Below, piece after piece: positions 42,534 to 52,700 of a stretch of DNA of 64,000 bases (its first letter is position 1; each line of letters begins with the position of its first letter). The stretch is from Piromyces finnis finn (lineage: Eukaryota > Fungi > Neocallimastigomycota): positions 434,001-498,000 of the forward strand of contig MCFH01000017.1 of assembly GCA_002104945.1 (NCBI GenBank), in the 5' to 3' direction. A program made the position numbers and the translations under genes. The notes beneath the pieces are model-generated. The model did not search any database. It was not told the origin of the DNA and saw only the letters and a list, made by a program, of their open reading frames with translations.

Positions 42534-45500
42534 TGTAATGGCGACACAGAAAGAATAGATTAGGATATCTATTCTATTACAATAACACAAAATTTAAAAT
42601 AAAATAAAAAATTGTTTTATTAAAAATATCTTTTATTATAATAGAAATTTTATTAATAACTGTAAAAGTATAAAATTTAAAACAGATTTTATACTTAAAA
42701 CAAAACAATTTTTATTAACACAAAAATAAAAAATAAAACATTAAATTTTTATTTTAAAAATCATTTTATTTAAAACTCTTAAAAAGATTATTAACTATAT
42801 AATAGTTAATAATTAAAAAATTGAAAATAACAATTACATCGATTTAATAAACAAAAATTACATGTATTTATATTTTTTCATAATTATATTCTAATATATT
42901 ATTCTATTTAAATAAACATATATTTAATATAAAATAAACAAAACTAATTTAATTAAATAATAAAATAACAGAACTAAACTAAACTAATTCATTATACTTT
43001 TAATTCAATTTGAGTAAACTCAAAATTGAATAAAGCCCATGTATTTATTATAAATTAGTTTAATATTATCAATACTAATCTTAATATATTTCCTATTGAA
43101 ATATAAATAAATCTATTTTTAAAACTAAGTTAAAATTATTAAACTATTCTAAATTTAAATAAAAAAGTATAATCTATTCTAAAATTAAATAAAAAGTATT
43201 TAAAAAATATTTTAATTATTTAAAATATTTGAAATATTTAAATTTAATTAAAAATCTTTTATTCCTTAAACTTAAATATTTATCTTAATTTAAATTTAAC
43301 GGAATTATTATAAAATAATTTATTATTAAATTATTATTCCATAAAATTTATTCAAAAATTTTATAATCAGTTTTACTAAATATTAATTTATTATTTAATA
43401 ATTAATAATTAATTATTAAATAATCTAAAGATATATATTATATCTTTACAATCTCGCCCTTTAAGTCGAGCTCCTGCGAGATTATTTTCTTGAAGAAATT
43501 TAAATAACAAATGGTTACTACTTTTTCTAAATCATAACATTGTTAAAAAAATATATAAGTATTTAATTTATTTATACTCTTATTATCATTCTTGTTACTT
43601 ATACATAATTCTAATAATTTATCTAAAACTTAATCATCAAGAATTCATTTGTTTTTATATTCAGATTGTGGTTATTTATAAATTGTTTTCTATTAACATT
43701 TTTATTTAAGTATTCAAAACAAAACATTTACTTAAGTTTCAAATTTTTATTTATTCAATTCTTCTTGATCATCATGACTTTTATAATCTTCTTATGCATG
43801 ATTAAAATTCTATTTTACAATTTTAATACTTTTTATTAATACTTATAATAATCTGTTCAACTTTCTTTGATTTATTAGCTGAAGAAATTTCAATATTAAA
43901 TTTTAAATTAAATCCATAGTTTGTATAAAATTGAAATTGATTGATTGATTACAATAAAATATTATAAGTAGATTCCAATATAACAATCAATTCGATTTTA
44001 TTAACCAACGGAGATATTGGAACAATATCTCGTTCACCCTCTCATTTAAATGAAAAGTCTGTGATAAAATTTATATTAAATATATCAAACAGACAATTCT
44101 AAAATTATAAAGAAAATAGCATTTAGAGAGTATTAAATGTTTTTTATTATTGTACAAACTTTAAACCAAGTGGAACTTATTTTTTTTAAAGGTTATTATT
44201 AAGCAAATAAATATAACAAAATTCTTAGTAATAAAATATTTGTAAAAAAATTAACATTCATTAATAATAATGGAAAGACATCATTCAATAATTATATTAA
44301 CTATACCACTATTTTTTTTTAATCTTATTATTAAATAAACAAAAGTGGTATCAAGTCATCAAGTAAATACTATAATTTAATTAACAAATTTATCATTTTT
44401 AGATGTTTTTAAAATACTTTTAGCATATTTATAATTCTCTTTTATTTTATAATTTATCAATATATGGTATTATAAAATTATTTCTTTTTTAAAAATTTAA
44501 CAATGAATTCATAAATTTAAATATCATCAATAAAACATCACAGAATTGATATAAACATATACATAATGTTGTACTAAATATTATTAATTATAAAGTAATT
44601 AAAATACTTCATCAAAAGCATCACTTAAAATATTAAAATAGAGCTGATACATTTTTGAATAAAAGGTATGATAATAAATTAAAAATGCCATATAAAGATT
44701 AAAGCAATTTTAAATTCATCACCTTATTTAATTCTTACTAAGCTATTGATATATTTAAATTTAGTTTAAAAACATATTTTACTCCATTTATCTTATTTAT
44801 TGATTAAAGGAATATATGAATTTCAATAATTATATCATTTAATTTCCTACAATCAATATATAGTAATTTTAGTTATCAATCTCATTATAATTCCATTAAA
44901 AAGAATTGTATAAAGATTAAAATCTTTTTTTTTTCCTTTATAAAGTTCGTTTTATTAAGTACATAAAAACTATTCATTTATTAAAAACTCTTATAATTAT
45001 TATACATATTACATTAATTTATATTTGTTTTATTCATTATATTTATTACATTTATCATATTTATTAACTTATTATATTTATTAATTTATTCTATTTATTA
45101 CATTTATCATATTTATTTATTCTATTTATTAATTTATTCTATTTTTTACATTTTATTATATTTTTTTTTCATTTGTTGTATTTATTAATTCTATTTTTTT
45201 TTTAATTATTATTAATACTAACTATTATATTATCAAATTGTTACTATTACTAAAACTATTCCTCATTAATTTCTATTATAGCTATTTCTAATTCTACAAT
45301 ACTAATACATTACAATCATATTTATTTTTTAAATTACATTTATTATAATCAAAATTATTTAGATAATATTATTTTCCAGAGGACGAATGTACTTAACATT
45401 TTGTTATAATCCTCCACAATTCAGTAATTCATTAAGTTTCTTTTTAAAACATTGGAATTTTCAAATTTATTATTTTCATTACTGAATTGTTCTTCTTTCT

Positions 45501-46186
45501 TGATTCTTTTTATTTTCATTTTATTCTTTATAAAATCAAGATAAATGAAATTAAGAACAGATCCAGAATAGATTAATTTTCTAGCTCTGATTTCACTACC
45601 ATCATATTATTAAGAATAAAAAAATATTACACTCATTTCTTATTATATATTTATTTAACTTTATAATTATTCAATCAAAACTACTATATTAATTTATTCA
45701 AGTTATTTGAATCTTTTAAATATAAAACTTACTTCTTAATAAAAATATAAACTTATTAACTAGATATACAATAACTTCTTTATAATAAATTCAAATCAAA
45801 TTAAATTTGTGAATTTATTCTACAATTATAAGAAATTCTTTATTTAATTAATTTATTTTAATTTATTAATTATAAAAAACATAATTTATTTAACAACTAA
45901 ATTTGTAAAACCTCCTCATATTGAATTCAAATTATTTTAATTATTTATTCTTAATCATTTGTTTAATAAATTATTTAATAAACTATTACAATCAAATTAT
46001 CTTAATTTACTAAATATAAAAATAATTTTTTTTTTAATAAATGTATAACTTTTTAAATAACTAAATTTGTATTGACTTTTGTTGATAAATTCAAATCAAA
46101 TTAAAAATGCTTTAAATTTATATTCTAATTATTAAGAATTTTCTATTTAGTCAAATATTCAGTTATATAAAATACACCTTTATATA

Positions 46187-47292
46187 AAAGAAGTCGACCT
46201 GACTCCATCCTATCAACTGGTGTCAGCGAATTCTTTATAAAGTATAAAACATGTTATTACAATGAATTTAAATTTTTTTTTTTTTAAGCTCGTTTTCGTA
46301 TTACTTCATAATATTTTAATATATTATTTAATAAACTTCTTAATTGTATTTATCCAATTTAATTAATAATATATAATCCTTGAATATATTTTATTTATTT
46401 AGTTAGTTAATCGAATTTATATTGTATCTTCATATTAAAGAAGTCGACCTGACTCTATCCTTTAAAGAAAAGGTGTCATCGAATTATTTATTTAGTATAA
46501 AATTAAATTATTTTAAAAGTGATTTTAAATATCAAATCATTTTCTAACTTCATTAAATAAAATTATATATTTCAAATTTTCAAGTTAAATTAATTTATAG
46601 TATTTTCAATTTAATTTATTATATACTATTTCCCAAAAAGATGTCGATCTGACTCTGTCCTCTAAAAAGGTGTCATCGAAATCTTATTATAATAAAGAAT
46701 AATTTATTTATTTAACTAACTTTACACATTTATTACTTTTACTTTTATTGTAAAATTTTAATTCATTTCTTAATTTTAATTTATTATATACTATATCTAA
46801 AAGATGTCGCTCAGACTCTATCCTATCAAAAGGTGTCGAGCGAGGTCTTTTAAGTATATAATAAATTCATTTCAAATTTACTTATTATATAATCAAATTT
46901 TAATTTGTTTTAATTATATATTCAATTTAATTTATTATATACAATATCTAAAGATGTCGCTCAGACTCTATCCTATCAAAAGGTGTCGAGCGAGGTCTTT
47001 TAAGTATATAATAAGTTCATTTCAAAATAACAATTAATAATTCATTCAAATAAGTGAAATCAACATACTAATTCACTTATTTCTCAATATATTTAAATAA
47101 TTTTAAAATTTTATTAACTTTTTCTTAATTTTCTTTCTTTTTAAATAAGTTTTAATTTTCTTACTTTGCAATTAATTTTTTGATTTAATTTACTCTTTTA
47201 ATTGTATATATCCAATTTAATTTATAATATACTATGTATAAAAGATGTCGCTCAGACTCTATCCTATCAAACGGTGTCGAGCGAGTTCTTTT
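46187..47292. repeat. Array of six ~50-nt imperfect hairpins
   Basis: Units start at about 46187, 46437, 46637, 46799, 46950 and 47240. Consensus AAAGAWGTCGMYCWGACTCYRTCCT-loop-RGGTGTC..CGA..TCTTT. Confidence 0.93.
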
Positions 47293-47459
47293 TATAGTAT
47301 ATTATAATTAAATTTAATTTTAAAAGAGTTTCATCAATTTAAAAACAAGAGTATTTCATAAATATATTTCTATTAGTATTACAGATAGATTTTGTATATA
47401 AAGATTTCATTGTTCCATACAGTAGAGTTACACTTATTCCAATTCCAATATAAAAAGGA

Positions 47460-47680
47460 AAGTTTCACAGAGTAGAAGTTCCACAAGCAAAGTTCCACGA
47501 GATTCGTTCAAAAGAATTCCACGAAGGAAGGATTTCACAAGGTAGTGTTCCACAAGTAGGTAAAAATTCCACAATTATAGTTCCACAAAGTAGTGTTTCA
47601 CAAAATTTATCTAGAAAGTAGGGTAACACAAAATTAATGTTACACTGACAGAAGTTACACCATAAATAGTTCCACAAGGT
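47460..47680. repeat. Cluster of ~10 RTTYCACRA motifs
   Basis: GTTCCACAA-like words recur every ~15-20 bp, all in the same orientation. Confidence 0.85.
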
Positions 47681-49717
47681 AGGCTTCTCAAGTAGACAAA
47701 AAAAAATTTCCGAAGAGAAAAAATTTCCGAAAAGTTCCAAATTTTCTACGGTAGCAATTCCCAATGTTGTAACTTCAGAAAATAAAAAATTGTTTTATTA
47801 AAAATATCTTTTATTATAATAGAAATTTTATTAATAACTGTAAAAGTATAAAATTTAAAACAGATTTTATACTTAAAACAAAACAATTTTTATTAACACA
47901 AAAATAAAAAATAAAACATTAAATTTTTATTTTAAAAATCATTTTATTTAAAACTCTTAAAAAGATTATTAACTATATAATAGTTAATAATTAAAAAATT
48001 GAAAATAACAATTACATCGATTTAATAAACAAAAATTACATGTATTTATATTTTTTCATAATTATATTCTAATATATTATTCTATTTAAATAAACATATA
48101 TTTAATATAAAATAAACAAAACTAATTTAATTAAATAATAAAATAACAGAACTAAACTAAACTAATTCATTATACTTTTAATTCAATTTGAGTAAACTCA
48201 AAATTGAATAAAGCCCATGTATTTTCTATAAATTAGTTTAATATTATCAATACTAATCTTAATATATTTCCTATTGAAATATAAATAAATCTATTTTTAA
48301 AACTAAGTTAAAATTATTAAACTATTCTAAATTTAAATAAAAAAGTATAATCTATTCTAAAATTAAATAAAAAGTATTTAAAAAATATTTTAATTATTTA
48401 AAATATTTGAAATATTTAAATTTAATTAAAAATCTTTTATTCCTTAAACTTAAATATTTATCTTAATTTAAATTTAACGGAATTATTATAAAATAATTTA
48501 TTATTAAATTATTATTCCATAAAATTTATTCAAAAATTTTATAATCAGTTTTACTAAATATTAATTTATTATTTAATAATTAATAATTAATTATTAAATA
48601 ATCTAAAGATATATATTATATCTTTACAATAACAATTACATTGATAAAATGATGAAAAATATCTTCTATTTATATTTTTCCTAAATACATTTATATTATA
48701 TTATAACTATTTATTTCTTATATATTATTATTTAAAACCTACACTAAAATCTTAATTATTAATCGAATATTTAAACTATAACTATTTTAGTAAAATTAAA
48801 TAGGCAATTCAAATCAAATACTATTTAATTTGAATATGTGCCCATGTATTATTTATATATTAATCATTTATTATTTATATACTATTCATCTTTTTCTATC
48901 AAAAACAATACTAAAACTAAGAAATTAAATTGAGAAATTTAATTTATTTGTAAAACATTAAAAATAAATTAATAATTTATTTTGTTTCAAACTTTAATTA
49001 TTAATAAATAAATTATGTCTCATTTTCTTTTTCTGTAATATAAATTGTATAACTTAAACAATAATACTTGTGGCTAAAGTTACATTAAAGATATCAAGCT
49101 GAGGCGTTTGATATCTTTATAATTAATGGTGTTGAGTAAGTATTTTAAAATAAGAAGAATACAGTGCCAGTCTGAAACAGGATGGTTTTCACAAGATCGA
49201 ACAGCTTTATGTACGGCAAAAGAATAGACAGGTTTGGTGCCTTAAAAGTTTTATTATCTAAAACAAATTATAAGATTTTACAATAAAACAAAAACACAAA
49301 ATTAAAAAAAATAAAACAAAAAAATATCTTTTAAATTCTCTTTTATATAATTTATTTAGTTATAAAATGATAGTCAATAACAATTATATCGTTTTCATTA
49401 AGAAATTTTAAATGCATTTATATTTTTTACATATTATATTAATATATTATTCTATTTAATTTTTAATTATACACATATTCTGTGAAAATAAAATACATTC
49501 CAAAATAATATTTTATGTATTTTTTATATATTTGTATTTTATAAAATTATAAATTAATATTGTACTACATTTTTTGTTCTTTGGTTATTTTTAAAATAAA
49601 GATTTAAGAAATTTTACAATATTTATATTATAAAATAAATATAAATAAATAAAAGATAATAAAAACCCAAATAGTTTTATAAATAAATTTAAGTGTAAAT
49701 TAAATTTATCCCTGACA

Positions 49718-49739
49718 GATTAAGAGTCTCAATTGCTCT
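49718..49739 (+). promoter_or_regulatory. PBS complementary to the 5' half (anticodon arm) of tRNA-Lys(CUU)
   Basis: GATTAAGAGTCTCA is the reverse complement of UGAGACUCUUAAUC, nt 27-40 of the typical eukaryotic tRNA-Lys(CUU) as I recall it. TGCTCT two bases later pairs with AGAGCA (nt 21-26). Confidence 0.8.
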
Positions 49740-49761
49740 TATATTTAAGTAGGTTTTTAAT

Positions 49762-52700
49762 ATGTCTAAAGGAAAATCTAACGGAGATACTGGATCAATT
49801 CCTATGTTTGATCCTACCATTATGTTAGGAAAGATCACTTATGAACTAAACAATAAAAATTTCATAACGTGGCAAATGTTCATGATGAACATTTTAAACT
49901 ACTATGGTCTTGAAGATTGGGTCGACGAAAACAAAACCCCAAAAATTAAAAATGATGAAGAAATGGATATCGATGGAGAAGAATATCTAAAAGCACCTTT
50001 TGAAGCAAATACATACTATGATAAGTCAGTAACAGAAAATGACTTGAAGACGGACAGAAATATCCAATTTTTAATTAGATATACCTTAGGTCCAAACTGC
50101 CAACAAGATATCCAAGATAGGTCGTTAACAAGCTACGAAATGTGGAAACTGTTAGAAGACATTTATTTAGGGGACAAAATAGAAAGAAAGAAAGAATAGG
50201 CTCATTAAGGAAACCAACTCCTTGAAATATGACCCAAAAGAAAGTTTTTCAAGATTTGTAAACAAGTTAAACTCTAACTTCAATAAGTTAGAACAATTAA
50301 ATGTAAAAATAGATGATGAAGAAAAAATAGGTCTATTATATCAAGCTTTGCCAGAAAAATATAGGAAAGTAACAGTTCTTAAGCATGAAGACTGGGAAGA
50401 ATGTAAAAAGGATACTGCTAAAATGATAGATAAAATGAATAAATTTGATCCAAAAGAAAAATCCGAAACCTTCGGAATTAGACATATTTTTAATGTAGAA
50501 AGCAGTTATAAAAATGATCAAAGAAAGGAAAATTCAAAATTTTACCGCAATAAACAAAGTAATAACCATAATAAAGATACAAATAAAGGAAAAGAAAAGT
50601 CCAATGAAGAAGGAAATTGGAAAAACAAAAATAAACAAAACATTACATGTTATTTTTGTCATCAAAAAGGACACACTGTAAAACAATGCCGTATTCAAAA
50701 GGAACTTTCAGAAGAAGTTACAAGAAGGTTAAGAAAAGAAAAAACTAAAGGCAAGGAAGCATCTTTAGCAACAGGCGAAAAGGTAAATAAACAAACCACT
50801 GAAGATTTTGAACCAGAAGTTGGATATCAAGATTTGTTTACAGTTGATTACAATACATTTTTTGACAATAATAATGATGAATGTAATAATAAATCATGCA
50901 ACTACGTATCTTGTGAAAATGTACCTACAAGTTTTACTACCTGGACATTAGATTCTGGTGCTTCTAATCATATTACCAAAGACATAAGAATTCTCAAAAA
51001 TGTTTTTGAACATGTAGAACCAATCAATTACGCTAATGGAGTGACTACAAAGTCAACACATATGGGTGAAGTAAATGGATCTGTTAATGAAGAACCAATA
51101 AAATTAGAAGATGTAATGTACATTCCAGATGTAAAACGAAATTTAATTTCTGTTGCCAAATTAGTTAAGAATGGCTACCAAATAATCTTTGATGAGAAGA
51201 ACAATAATATATTTGCATACATTAAAGATAAAAAGACAGAAAATGTATACGAAGTCAAAGCAAATGAATATGATGTATTCAATTTGTACATCAAAGAAAG
51301 TAATGCAGTTAATAATTATTCAATGTGCAATAATGTACGAAACAATGGAGAATACTGGCATAGAAGAAATGGGCATTTGAATTTCAATAATAATGATGAA
51401 AAAAACAACGTTCACAATTGTACAATATGCATGAGAAGCAAAATGAAAGAAATCCCTCATAAAAGGTCATATAGTAGAGCATCAAGTGTTTTGGAACTAG
51501 TACATATCGATTTGGTAGGTCCAATTACACCATCAATTCATGACAATGCATACTTTTTAAGTATTTTAGATGATTACAGTCGATATGGATGGGTAATCTT
51601 TGTCAAGAATAAAAGTGATGTATTCAAAGAATTTGGAAATTGGCTGAACAAAACAACTAATGAACTATCATCCAAAGTAAAATATCTTAGAAGTGATAAT
51701 GGAACTGAATTCACTTCAAACAACTTTAAGGAGTTATGTAATAAATATGGAATAACTCAACAATTCACAGTCCCTGGAAATCCGGAACAGAATGGAAGAG
51801 CAGAAAGATTGAATGGAAAGTTAATAAAGGCTGCTACTTCAATGTTAATGGATACAAAATTGTGCCGTCGCTTTTGGGAAGATGCTGTAAAAACAGCAAA
51901 TTATGTCCATAATCGAGTTCCGCATAGTGGAATTAATGGTGAAATACCATTTGAGTTAATGTACAACAGAAAAGTTGATTATAAAAATTTAAGAGTATTT
52001 GGATGCAAGGTACATTATTTAGATGACAGTAATATTCCGAAATTTCAAGACAAAACTAAGGAGGGAATCTTTATCGGATATGATGAATCCTCAGTAGGAT
52101 ACAGAATATTCGACATAAAATCAAGAAAAATTAAAGTGAAAAGAGTCGTAGGTTTTATAGAAGAAGAACTTGGTGACTACAATTATGACTTAGAAAAGGA
52201 AAATAATAATGAAATATGTAGTCAAGATACAGGAATATTCCAAGAAAGGAATTTTAATTATATATATGAGAGAAAGAATGAAAATAAAGATAAAAAAGAA
52301 AAGGATATTTTAAATGCAAACGACAATTCAATGAATGAAAACTTGGAAACACTTAATGATAAAACCAGTAATAAAGAAGACTTAAAAGAAGTTAATTATG
52401 AAGAAAAATTTAAAAATATTGAAGAAAAGTTAGATAGACTTACATCATTATTAAATAAAGAAAAAAATAATAGTTCTGAAAACTCTATGCAAGTTTACGA
52501 AGACACCAATGATAATAGCATGAGTTTAGAAGACAATATTATGAATAATAAAAATAGTGACTTTGAAGAAGACTTAAATCTCTTAGATTATATTAAATTA
52601 AAAGAAAAGCAAAAAGGATACCTAAACAAAAATAAGTACCAGGAAAGTGAAGAGATAGTAGAAAATAAAGAAATGAAAACAAGTATTTCAATGGAATATG

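Larger units (their letters stand above)
42661..48628 (-). mobile_element. Element 'B': two ~790-bp near-identical LTRs around a heavily decayed gypsy interior (non-autonomous/LARD-like)
   Basis: LTRs 42661-43450 and 47839-48628; TSD ATAAC (42656-42660 and 48629-48633); PPT AAGGGCGAGAT at 43461-43451. Ghost motifs on the minus strand: LIYSGSVLNFI (~45570), YIDCRKLND...LVRIK*GDEFK (~44860-44710) and ILSQ (~44070). Confidence 0.75.
35353..49119 (-). mobile_element. Composite Ty3/gypsy chromovirus 'A' with nested insertions
   Basis: 3' LTR 35353-35968; PPT ~35969-35976; chromodomain-like segments; IN, RH and gag-PR-RT ORFs; PBS 42533-42523. The 5' LTR is split into 42534-42660 and 48634-49119 by element B. 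Confidence 0.85.

Noticed and set aside
46804-47037. 77-aa ORF with an internal repeat
   Set aside because: It is a by-product of the 150-bp duplication of units 4-5; the frame is not kept in the other units.
46187-47292. CRISPR array
   Set aside because: Spacers are 100-240 bp, irregular and homologous to each other; there are no cas genes and the context is eukaryotic.
46187-47292. Hammerhead ribozyme, TPP riboswitch, SECIS or integron attC identity for the hairpins
   Set aside because: CTGACTC is not CUGANGA and GAAA occurs in one unit only; there is no TPP CUGAGA/P5 layout; the TGA is Watson-Crick paired, unlike SECIS; and there are no GTT/AAC R-boxes.
47460-47680. Bacterial DnaA boxes/oriC, or the 99-aa minus-strand ORF
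   Set aside because: The motif is GTTCCACAA, not TTATCCACA, and the ORF merely translates the repeat.
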